This document shows, one piece after another, positions 22,487-31,745 of a stretch of DNA of 64,000 nt. Both the position numbers and the translations under genes were made by a program. Numbering within the stretch: position 1 is the stretch's first letter; every line of letters starts with the position of its first letter. Below the pieces are notes generated by a model. The model had not been told where the DNA came from and searched no databases. It saw only the letters and a list, made by a program, of their open reading frames with translations. This DNA comes from an uncultured Gemmatimonadaceae bacterium (GTDB lineage Bacteria; Gemmatimonadota; Gemmatimonadetes; Gemmatimonadales; Gemmatimonadaceae), in the NCBI GenBank assembly GCA_963829055.1, contig CAWHHI010000020.1, positions 672,001 through 736,000 of the forward strand, written 5' to 3'.

Positions 22487-23701
22487 GGCGTCTCCGCGGA
22501 GACCAGCTGCAGCTGATCGAGCCCGTACGCCAGATCGGCGATGAGATCCGCGGGATCCTCGAGTCCAACATGAAGTCTGATGTACGGCCCACCCGCCGTC
22601 CACCGCGTGGCCGCGCGGTGCGGCGACGGATTCATCGGGATCGCGAGGCTCTCGAATCCGCCGAAGCTCGCCCCCATGCCGAACAGCCGCAGCGAATTCA
22701 GCATCGCGTCCACAGCCGCTTTCGGAACGGGATTCAGCACGACACCGAACAAGCCACTCGCCCCCGTGAAGTCCCGCTTCCAGAGCGCGTGCCCCGCATC
22801 GCTCGGCAACGCCGGATACACGACGCGTTTGACCTCAGGGCGTGTCATGAGCCACTCGGCCACCTGCAGCGTACTGCGCTCGTGGCGCTCGAGTCGAATG
22901 CCTAACGTCCGAAGGCCGCGAAGCGCGAGGAACGCGTCGTCGGGACTCACGCAGTAGCCCAGCTCGGCCACCATCGACCGGACGGTGTCGTAATACGGCT
23001 CGGTCGTCGCGATGGTGCCGAGCATGACGTCCGAATGTCCGCCGATGTACTTCGTGGCCGCGATGATCGACACGTCCACACCATGCCTGCATGCCGGCGA
23101 AGAAGTAGGGCGTCGCCCACGTGTTGTCCATGACCACGACCGCGCCCGCCGCGTGCGCCACTGCCGCAATCGCCGGAACGTCCTGCACCTCGAACGTGAT
23201 CGAGCCCGGGGACTCGACGAACACAACGCGCGTCTCCGGACGCATCAACTCCGCGATGCCGCCTCCGACGCACGGGTCGTAGAACGTCGTCGTGATGCCG
23301 TAGCGCGGGAGGATCGCCTTGCAGAAATGCCGCGTCGGCGCGTAGGCCGAGTCGGTCATGAGCAGGTGGTCGCCGCTCTTGAGCAGCGCGAGCAGTGCTG
23401 TCGTCACCGCGGCGAGACCGGACGGCAGCAGCATCGCGCGATACGCGCCCTCGAGCGTCGCGATCGCCTCCTCGAGCGCGAACGTCGTTGGCGTACCGAG
23501 CTGGCCGTAGCGCACGACGTCGAAGCGGCGTGAGTGCTCGCGCGACGCCTCCCACTCCTCGACGGTGGGAAACAGGATCGTCGAGGCGCGATACACCGGC
23601 GGACTCACGGCGCCCTGCCGATCCTCCGGGAACCCGCCGACGTGCGTCAGCAGCGTGTCGCGACGGAATCGGCGATCGTCGTCAGGTGACGGTTTCTTCA
23701 A
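22483..23701 (-). CDS. metC: Cystathionine beta-lyase-family PLP enzyme
   Basis: VSPPVYRASTILF, YGQLGTPT, PSGLAA, ESPGSITFEVQD, DNTWATP, TKYIGGHSD, FGMGASFGGFESL; one indel near 23090. Confidence 0.9.
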
Positions 23702-25072
23702 TGAGATGTCTTCGCGGTGGTGTTCTGGGAGCCTTGCTGAACGATACGCTGGTGTTTCAGGCCCCACCGGTTGCTCGGTCGCCACGCGAGGCGCTCGGCC
23801 AGAAGCTCGCGCGCTTCGGCGAAGCGGCGTCCGCGAACCGCGGCGTCAATGAGCAGCTGGTCGAACACGTCGCGCTGGGCGTGACTCGCGCCTATCCGAC
23901 GGACGCGGCGCCTCACGGGCATGAGCTCGTCGACGGCTTCGGCATAGGCGCCACGCCGATGCGCAACCACTGCACGCGCGAGCGGCAGCCCCACGTCCGC
24001 CATCACCTCGGCTTCGGTTCCCTGCCCGCTCGCCGCGAATCGCTCGCACGACGTCAGGAACTCTTCCACGACGGTACCGTTGCCGGCGGCCGCGAGAGCC
24101 ATGAGATAGTGCAGGTCGACGAACACGAGCGCGTGGTCATCGACGTGCGACGCGGCACGGGCAGCCAGCTCGGTCCACCGCGCGCCGACGCTCACGTCCG
24201 CCTGCTCCAACCGCCAGAGCAACGACACGGCGTTGGCCATGTCGAGATACTCGTCGGTCGACTCGGCTCGCACTTCGCGGTCGTACAACGCGAGCACGCG
24301 ATCGTGCTGCTCGAGCTCGAGGTGATACAGCCCTTCGTGCCACTTGAGGTGCAGCGCGAAGTTGCTGCACTCGTGCCACTCGTCAGCCAGGTCCGCGATC
24401 CAGGCGATGCCATCCTCGAGTCGCCCCTCCATCTCGGCCACGTGCGCGACGGCGTGTGCTGCCCAGATGTCGCCGCGGTCGAGCTCCACGGCGCGCCGGC
24501 CGGTTTCCTCCGCCTGACGATAGTCGCCGGATTCCTCGAGCGCATACGCGTGGCAGCCGAGTACGAAGCCGTAGCCCGGCTCGTTAGGGCTCCACGATGG
24601 CAGGACGCGGGCGACGCGCTCTCGCATCCCGTTGCTTTCGCCGAGGTACGACAGCACGAACTGGGAGACCTTGAGGGCGACGAGGTCGCGCGGAAACTCG
24701 TCGAGTAGCGTGTCCCACACGCCGGCAGCGCCGCGCATGTCGCCGCGCGACCAGGCGTCGAGCGCGGTGCAGTGCAGCTGCTCTCGCCGGGCGATCACGT
24801 TGCGTGCGCGCTTGCGCCCGGGTGAGTGCCTGACGAGCGCGCGGCATCGCGTCGCGTTTGCTCGACAGCATGGCGAGGTAGCCGTCGACGCAGTGGGCGA
24901 GCACGCACGTCGGGTCGTGGGCAAGGACGGCGGAGAGGCGATCGCGCGTGTCGCGTCGTGCGCGCGCATAGCCCGTGACGGTGTGGTCGAGCAGCCGCAC
25001 CGTCTCCTGACTCGCGGCCTGCACCAGCTCGCCGTTCATGTCACGCATGTCACGAAGGCTCGACACGGTCAC
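23698..25072 (-). CDS. TPR-repeat protein 38 (TTC38)-like protein
   Basis: DIWAAHAVAHVAEMEG, HLKWHEGL, FVDLH, IGASHAQRDVF; N-terminal indel, start approximate. Confidence 0.8.
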
Positions 25073-25085
25073 CCTCGGCACTCGC

Positions 25086-26067
25086 TCACACGACCCAATA
25101 GCGCACGATCGGATCGCCCGTATTCACGACTTTGTGCGCCCACACCAGTCCAGCGATTCCGGCCCCACTCGATCGAACGGTTTCGACGACTTCACCGAAC
25201 ACGTTGCACACCTCCGCGACTTCCTGGCCGGCCACGAGCTCATCACCAATGCGAACACGCAGCCGCAGCAGGCCAGCCCGCGTCGCGCGGACGACCTTCC
25301 GCTCGAGTCCCGACACTCGCGGGCCCGGGGCGGTAGGCGCGCCGTCGATCATGCGAAGATAGCGCATGACGTTCGTGACGCCATCGACGTGCACCTTCAC
25401 GTCTGCGTCTTCCAGCGTGCCGTTGCCACCCGACTCGGCGAAGATCGAGACGACGCCGCGCCGCGTGGCCGCGTAGGCGATGCCGTCGGAGAATGGCGGG
25501 ACCTTCCCGTCTGGCGTCGCGAGCGAAATCAGCCTCGGGGAATAGAGTCGCGCCAGTGCTTCGCCCTGCTCGTCGAGCTCGTGGTTGCCGGTCAGTGCGT
25601 AGCCGGCGAATGGCATCAACATCTCACCAAGATCGCCAGCGTGAAGATCGATGTGATAGCCGGCGCGACCGATGATCTCATCGAGCAGCACGCACGCGAG
25701 CCGTCTCCGAGATGGAGCCGTCAGCGCGTCCGGGCGCGACCTTGTTCAGATTGAGACCGTCGAGCGGCGATACGAAGCCGGTGCGACTGTCGAACATCCG
25801 GAGGTTCACGACCGGCACGGCGATGACGGCGCCACGCAGTGTCTCGGGCCGCAGCGATTGTACGATGCGCAGGACGGCGTCGATCGGCGCGTACTCGGTG
25901 GCGTGCACGCCGGCGGTGAGACACAGGATCGGGCCGTCGTCGATGCCGTTCGCGATGACGAGCGGCAGTTGAATGGGACCCGACGCCGTCTCACCGATGG
26001 TGATGAAGCCCTGCGCTCGTTGTCCACGCTCCGCGACGACGCCGCGGATTCCGAGCACGTCTTTCAT
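25086..26067 (-). CDS. Succinylglutamate desuccinylase/aspartoacylase (AstE/AspA) family deacylase
   Basis: GPILCLTAGVHATEY, DGLNLNKVAPG..DGS, IDLHAGD, ESGG, C-terminal lipoyl-like hairpin; one indel. Confidence 0.88.
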
Positions 26068-27269
26068 GCGACCGTCGCCGGAGTGCGCGTGTCGGTCATC
26101 GCGCGATACGCGGCCGCGAGGCGTCGGATGCCGTCGTCGACCTCGTCCGTGGTCGCGTGGCTGTAGGCGACGCGGAGGTGATTCTTCGGATGCGGCGCAT
26201 CGGGGCTCGCGAAGAACTTGCTGCCCGCGAGCACCGTCACGCCGCCCTCGCTGGCGGAGCGAGCGAGGCGGTCGCAGTCGACGTCGTCGGGGAATGTGAG
26301 CCACACGTAGTAGCCGCCCTGCGGAATCTCGAACATCGCGTCAGGCAGCTCGCGCCGCAGTGCGGCGACCATCGCATCGCGATTCTGGCGATACGTCGTC
26401 TGTACGCGCTCGATGTGCTCCGGCAGTCGACCGCCGCCGAGGAACTCGGCGATGATGCGTTGCGTGAGCGGACAGGAACCGCCGTCGGATTTGAGCTGGA
26501 TCATGCGCGCGATCATGTCGGTCGACGCTACCGCCCAACCCACGCGAAGCCCGGGTGCCATGAGCTTGGAGAACGTGCCGACGTAGACGACCGTGTCGTC
26601 GGTATCGAGCGCTTTCAGTGACGGGAGACTCTCCCCCTCGAATCGTACCCGGCGATACGGGCTGTCCTCGACGATCGTGATGCCGCGCTCGGACGCGAGC
26701 TGGATCAGCGCCTTGCGACGCTCCAGCGTCATGGTGACGCCGGTGGGGTTGTGAAAATCGGGGACGTTGTAGATGAACTTCGGCGGCGCGAGTCCGTCTC
26801 GCTGACGGAGCGCGAGCAGACGCGTGAGCTCGGCCACGTCGAGACCATCGCGATCCTGGCCGACCTCGATGAACCGCGCGCCGTAGCTGCGGAAGATCGG
26901 GATCGCGGTGAAGTACGTCGGCGTCGTGACGACGATCGCATCGCCTTCATCGAGGAGCACGCGGCAGACGAGATCGATGGCGTGCTTGGCGCCGTTGGTG
27001 ACGAGCACGTTCTCGCGCGTCGCGGTGATGCCGTCGGCGGCCATCTGCTCGACGATGCGCGCGCGGAGGTCGGCGAGTCCGGGTCGCGGCGCGTACTGCA
27101 GCGTCTCGGCCCGAAATACCGTGAGCGCCCGCTCGGCTTCCGCGGTGAGGTCCGGAAGCACGGCGTTGGACGCGTGACCCGAGTCGAACGCGAGATTCGC
27201 GGCTGGCGCGCTGACAGGAAGCGAGGCGGCGAGCGACGCAGCGCGGCGCGAAAGGGAGTTGGGTAGCAA
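26064..27269 (-). CDS. Class I PLP aminotransferase (LysN/2-aminoadipate transaminase-like)
   Basis: LQYAPRPG, VTNGAKHAIDL, PDFHNPTG, EDSPY, GTFSKLMAPGLRVGW; no N-terminal HTH. Confidence 0.9.
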   Translation of the reverse strand: MLPNSLSRRAASLAASLPVSAPAANLAFDSGHASNAVLPDLTAEAERALTVFRAETLQYAPRPGLADLRARIVEQMAADGITATRENVLVTNGAKHAIDLVCRVLLDEGDAIVVTTPTYFTAIPIFRSYGARFIEVGQDRDGLDVAELTRLLALRQRDGLAPPKFIYNVPDFHNPTGVTMTLERRKALIQLASERGITIVEDSPYRRVRFEGESLPSLKALDTDDTVVYVGTFSKLMAPGLRVGWAVASTDMIARMIQLKSDGGSCPLTQRIIAEFLGGGRLPEHIERVQTTYRQNRDAMVAALRRELPDAMFEIPQGGYYVWLTFPDDVDCDRLARSASEGGVTVLAGSKFFASPDAPHPKNHLRVAYSHATTDEVDDGIRRLAAAYRAMTDTRTPATVA

Positions 27270-27326
27270 ATGACGCGAGCCTCCGATATGAAGCCGATTC
27301 TCCGGACGAAACGACGTGAACTACTC

Positions 27327-27493
27327 GACAGGATTGACAGGATTGGCAGGATTGAACAGCGGCTGTGGCCGTTGCGGGTGACCTCGCTCCTGCCAAGCGC
27401 AACGACTATTCAGGCGCCGGTTTCAAAGGGCTTGTTTCGCTAGGCGCCGAGTGCCGTTGCTGTTCCAATCCTGTGAATCCTGCCAATCCTGTC
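27327..27493. repeat. Inverted arrays of a 9-bp unit (xCAGGATTx)3
   Basis: GACAGGATTGACAGGATTGGCAGGATTGAACAGC versus GCTGTTCCAATCCTGTGAATCCTGCCAATCCTGTC. Confidence 0.8.
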
Positions 27494-27525
27494 ATGCCGT
27501 TTCGCTGTTTTTGCCGTTTCATGCA

Positions 27526-29625
27526 TCATCCTGTCCTGACCAGCCCGAGTTGTGCGACGCTCTGCAGCAGCGCGAGCACCGCCTCGGGCCTAACGACGCC
27601 GTAGTAATAGTCACCGCCCTCGCGCGCTGTGGCAGCAACGAGACGGTAGATGTCGAGCCCAGTTCGGGTACCGTCGATGGCTTGCAGCACCTCGCGTCCG
27701 ATGTAGCCGTTCAGCGAGCTGCCCCAATCGATGCGGTCGTACTGGTCGAGCCACTCGCGCGGTGTCGCAACGCGCTTTGGACGCATGGCCGCCAGCGACG
27801 CCTCGGCCGCGCTTAGCGCCGGGCGGGCTGGAACAGCGCCACCCCCGCGTGTCCAGGCCGCATTCACGTCGCGGATCGCCTGCGCCTCACGCCTGTCCAG
27901 CTCCGCCAGCAGCGTCGGGACGTTAGGCGCGACCGCGGGCGCGATCTGACCCAGCGAGCGAATCGCGCGGCGCTCTCGGTCGGCGCCGTACCGAACCTGA
28001 TCGATGGCGGCAGCGTACGCCGTCGGTCGGTCGCCCGGTGTATCGAGCAGTTGCAGCGCAACACGCACGCTTCCGCCGAGCCGTTCCTGTCCCCGCCCCA
28101 CGACCTCCGCCGCGAGCGGCCCGAACGCACGCGCGTCCGCGGACGCCACGGTGTACGCGATGAGCGCCGCCGTCAGGGCGTTGCGGCCCAACTGCGTGCG
28201 ATCGATCTGGAACAGATCGTCGAGGTTGGAATGGATGTACGGGTCAGGATTGTTCGTGAACGTGATGGCTGGAACACCCGCGTCCAGAAACGACTGGTGG
28301 TCCGAATCTCCGAAGTACCAGACCGCCTGCGCATTGAATCGCTGGCGACTGCCGTTGTGCGCGAGGTGCGGCTTCGGGTAGAGACCGTAGCCGTTGCGGT
28401 ATTGCGTGATGTTCGAGCTGTTCGCCGCCACCATGTAGTCGACCGCCGCTTCCATCACGTCGTTCATGAAGTGAAAGCGCGATGACGGGAGCCGAGTGAC
28501 ATCCTGCGTGCGCATCACGCCAATGGCCTGATCGGCGCCCACCATGTCCTGGTTGACATTGACCCAGATGCTGTCGAGCACGCGCGGGTTCGCGGCGAAG
28601 TACTGCCGCTCGGCGTCGTTCTCGGTCGTCCACCAGAAGCGGATGTTGCGTTTCGGGCGCGGCAGCGTGCCGTCGGCGATGAGCTTCGCGAGCGCGCGGC
28701 CGATCTCGAGCATGCTCGCGCACCCGCTGGCATCGTCGTTGGCGGAGTGCTGCTCTTCCTGCAAGTGGGAGCTCAGGACGACGTCCTGCCCCGATGTCGG
28801 ATCGGTGCCGGGGATGAACGCCTCGACGAGCGGCATCCAGGGCTGCGCGTGCTCGCGAGAGCCGAGCTCCGAGCGCACCGTGGCGTGCACGCGGACGGGC
28901 GTGGCGGACGATGCCAGTTTGTTGCGGAGCGCGACGCCTTCGCGAAGCGACAGGATGAACGCGAACGTCGGATCCTTGTCGTTGATGCGACGCGTGGACA
29001 GCGTGAGCCACGGAATCTGATCCGGCTGGTCGACGCCGAAGCTCAGGAAGCCGCGCGACGGCGTGTACGGATCGGGGTACCAGACCACGCCTAACGCTCC
29101 ACGCCGCTGGACGGCCTCGGCCATCACGCCGTTCAGGTCGCCCGTCGTGAGCACGACCTTGCCGGCGACGTTCTTCGCTCGATACACACTGTCGCCGCCG
29201 GCACCGATGTCGATCAGGTCGGCCGTGACGTCCGCCGGCCGACTGCGGTCAGCGAGATGGATCCGGTTCTGGATGGCGCTCGCGATCCGTTCCGGCTGCG
29301 GACCAACGATCCACAGGTCGGAGTTGCCGGGGTTCCAGGTCTGCCGCTGCGACGGGAGCTCGATGTAGCGAACCTTGGCCAGTCCGAACTCCTTGGCCAT
29401 GCGCTCCACATAACGCGCGGCGACGCCTAGCGTGTCCGAGCCTTGCGGGCGATGGAAGCCGCTCAGCACCCGGACGTGGTCGTACGCGGCGTCGCCGGAG
29501 ATCTCGCCACTCAACATGGCGACCGCCGTCGAGTCCAGCAGCGGATAGCGCTGCGCGATCGCGGGTGTCGCCCACGCGGCGAACGTCACCACGACCGCGC
29601 CGACGCCGGCAACGCCGATCCGCAC
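27526..29625 (-). CDS. Secreted M28-family peptidase with PA domain
   Basis: Signal peptide; SSHLQE, SANDDASG, NQDMVG, DSDH, YIHS..D; start set after the upstream stop. Confidence 0.82.
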   Translation of the reverse strand: MRIGVAGVGAVVVTFAAWATPAIAQRYPLLDSTAVAMLSGEISGDAAYDHVRVLSGFHRPQGSDTLGVAARYVERMAKEFGLAKVRYIELPSQRQTWNPGNSDLWIVGPQPERIASAIQNRIHLADRSRPADVTADLIDIGAGGDSVYRAKNVAGKVVLTTGDLNGVMAEAVQRRGALGVVWYPDPYTPSRGFLSFGVDQPDQIPWLTLSTRRINDKDPTFAFILSLREGVALRNKLASSATPVRVHATVRSELGSREHAQPWMPLVEAFIPGTDPTSGQDVVLSSHLQEEQHSANDDASGCASMLEIGRALAKLIADGTLPRPKRNIRFWWTTENDAERQYFAANPRVLDSIWVNVNQDMVGADQAIGVMRTQDVTRLPSSRFHFMNDVMEAAVDYMVAANSSNITQYRNGYGLYPKPHLAHNGSRQRFNAQAVWYFGDSDHQSFLDAGVPAITFTNNPDPYIHSNLDDLFQIDRTQLGRNALTAALIAYTVASADARAFGPLAAEVVGRGQERLGGSVRVALQLLDTPGDRPTAYAAAIDQVRYGADRERRAIRSLGQIAPAVAPNVPTLLAELDRREAQAIRDVNAAWTRGGGAVPARPALSAAEASLAAMRPKRVATPREWLDQYDRIDWGSSLNGYIGREVLQAIDGTRTGLDIYRLVAATAREGGDYYYGVVRPEAVLALLQSVAQLGLVRTG

Positions 29626-29629
29626 CGGC

Positions 29630-30370
29630 CTAACGCCCCTGCGGGAGACGGCTGGTGACGTGACCGGAGTCGTCGAGGAACTCCAGCTGTGGCGAGCCGA
29701 GTGAGTCGACGCGCAGCACGAGCCGCGGCCGGCCCATCGGATCATACAGCCGAAGCGCCGATGCCTTGGCGCGATCGCGACCGATGAACACGCGCGGAGC
29801 GGCCATCACGACGCCATCACGAATCGGCTGCTGAAATCGGCGCAGCGCTTCGGTCTTCGTCGGACTGTCAGGCAGCTTGTTGATCGAGTCCATCTCGTTG
29901 ACGAAGTCGATGATCGGCTTGTCCGTGCGATCACTGAACGTGAGCCCCGCCTGACGATTCCCGTTCTCGTCGGAGTAGTTCAGAACGACGATCTGATCCT
30001 GATCGAACTGGTCGAACGACATGTGCGTGCTCGCGCGGTACTTCCCGTCGGGGCCGCGCTTGCCGGTGAGCGTCAGGCCGCCGTTCTCGGTGCCTTCGTC
30101 GTTGAAGAAGATGATCCCGGGCCGCGAGCCGCCCTTGTAGCCGAACGGCTTGCCTTTGTAGATCGGGCCGATGGAGCGCGGCCGGTTCGAAATGACCAGG
30201 CGCAGCTTGCCGTCGGGCTCCACGATGTTGATCCGCTCGACGTCGATCTCGCCGAACTTCTGCTTCTGTGGCTGCCGCACGAATGCGGTGATGGCCATGA
30301 GCACGATCAGCGTCGTGGAACCGATCGCGTACCGCTTGAGGAAGCGGATGTCTTTATCTCGAGTGTCCAT
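29630..30370 (-). CDS. Conserved hypothetical protein, paralog 3 of 3
   Basis: Shares SIGPIYKGKPFGY and RPGIIFFNDEGTENGGLT with 17147..17887. Confidence 0.8.
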   Translation of the reverse strand: MDTRDKDIRFLKRYAIGSTTLIVLMAITAFVRQPQKQKFGEIDVERINIVEPDGKLRLVISNRPRSIGPIYKGKPFGYKGGSRPGIIFFNDEGTENGGLTLTGKRGPDGKYRASTHMSFDQFDQDQIVVLNYSDENGNRQAGLTFSDRTDKPIIDFVNEMDSINKLPDSPTKTEALRRFQQPIRDGVVMAAPRVFIGRDRAKASALRLYDPMGRPRLVLRVDSLGSPQLEFLDDSGHVTSRLPQGR

Positions 30371-30386
30371 GTTTTTCCTGGTGGCT

Positions 30387-30491
30387 GTCATCCCGAGCGT
30401 CAGCGAGGGACCTTATGTGAAGTACTCGTGGCCCGGCCAGCTACGATGCCCTCACAGAAGGTCCCTCGTCGCTGGCGCTCCTCGGGATGAC
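30387..30491. repeat. Palindromic intergenic element, type B
   Basis: GTCATCCCGAG...GAAGTACTCGTGGCC...CTCGGGATGAC. Confidence 0.9.
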
Positions 30492-30496
30492 AACTC

Positions 30497-31735
30497 CTAG
30501 AAGTTCGGGTTGTTCGCCTTTTCCGAGAACGGCACCGGCAGACACGCCACCGGCAGGAAGTTGCCGTACTCGGGCTTGTAGAACGGGGTCCCCGCCGCCG
30601 GAACGAGTGCCGCCGCGGTCGGGTTGCGGAGGACGTCGCCGTAGTGCTTCCCCTCGAGCCAGAAGTCGCGCGCGCGCTGCTGCATCAGTTCCGCGAGCAC
30701 CGCCGCCGTCGTCGTTCCCGCAAATGGTGGCTGACTCCCCGCGGTACGACGTTCGGCAATCAGGGTGAGCGCGGGCGCCGTGTTACCGTTGATCTTGAGC
30801 TGTGCCTCGGCGGCGATGTAGCGCGCCTCGAGTCCCGACGCGATGCGGATCGGAGCCGCGAAGCTCGGAAATTTCGTCTGCCGGTAGAGTCGGTTGCGGC
30901 CGTCCTGCGCGTTGATGCCTGCGTCGACCCATGGCACGCGTGGGTCGGCCAGCAGGCGGAACGGATCGGCGACGATCTGTGTCGTCCCCGACGACGAGAT
31001 GAACACGCCGTTGCTGAGCCGACCACGCGCCTGTGGGTCGTCGACCTGCACCGTCGTCGCGACGAACGCCGCGGGAACCAGGTTGGCCGCCGTGAGCGCG
31101 TTCGCGTTGTCACCTTTCTGGAGATACGCGCGTGCGAGACCGACGCGCGCGATGTTCACGATCTTGGTCGCCTCGGCGCTGGTGATCCCGCCGGCGATCG
31201 TCGCGGCCAGCTGCAGCCTAACGATGGCGGAGTCGAGCATCTGCGCCGGCGTGAGGGCCGGGCCAACGTGCAGCACGCCCTGGCAGAAGATCTCCGCGAG
31301 CGCCTCGACGGCGAGGCCGGACCAGAGTGACGAGCGCGCCGCCGCGATGTCGGTGTTGAACGTCGGCGTGCCCTTGAGCACGGTGACGACCTGGTCGTTC
31401 GTCCCGATCGCCGTCTGCATGGGCGCCCAGAACGATCCACTCAGGTCGACGTTCGTGTCGACGATCACGTGACGCGCGATGTCGTTCGTCTCGTTTCGAA
31501 CGGCGCCGCTCCACGTCTCGTTGGAGTAGTTCGCCGTGTTGTTGATGAACGCGCCGTACGCGACGTAGAAGTTCTGTTGCCCGGAGAGCGAGAAGACGCG
31601 AGCGTCGGCGACCGGATCGATGGTCGAGGCCTGCACGACCGTCGGGTCTTTCACGTCGGTGCTGCAGCCGGCGAACGCCACCGAGGCGACCCCCGCGACC
31701 GCAACCCGGCGCATCGAGCGATGTATGGTGCGCAT
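30497..31735 (-). CDS. SusD/RagB-like outer membrane lipoprotein
   Basis: Lipobox FAGC; EARYIAAEA, QRARDFWLEGKHYGD, LPVPFSEKANNPNF; directly follows the SusC-like gene. Confidence 0.82.
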   Translation of the reverse strand: MRTIHRSMRRVAVAGVASVAFAGCSTDVKDPTVVQASTIDPVADARVFSLSGQQNFYVAYGAFINNTANYSNETWSGAVRNETNDIARHVIVDTNVDLSGSFWAPMQTAIGTNDQVVTVLKGTPTFNTDIAAARSSLWSGLAVEALAEIFCQGVLHVGPALTPAQMLDSAIVRLQLAATIAGGITSAEATKIVNIARVGLARAYLQKGDNANALTAANLVPAAFVATTVQVDDPQARGRLSNGVFISSSGTTQIVADPFRLLADPRVPWVDAGINAQDGRNRLYRQTKFPSFAAPIRIASGLEARYIAAEAQLKINGNTAPALTLIAERRTAGSQPPFAGTTTAAVLAELMQQRARDFWLEGKHYGDVLRNPTAAALVPAAGTPFYKPEYGNFLPVACLPVPFSEKANNPNF

Positions 31736-31745
31736 GATCGTGACC

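Noticed and set aside
25086..27269. Ectoine catabolism (eut/doe) cluster
   Set aside because: No M24 ectoine hydrolase, EutB/EutC or MocR-type EnuR; the transporter is Aap-like rather than Ehu-like
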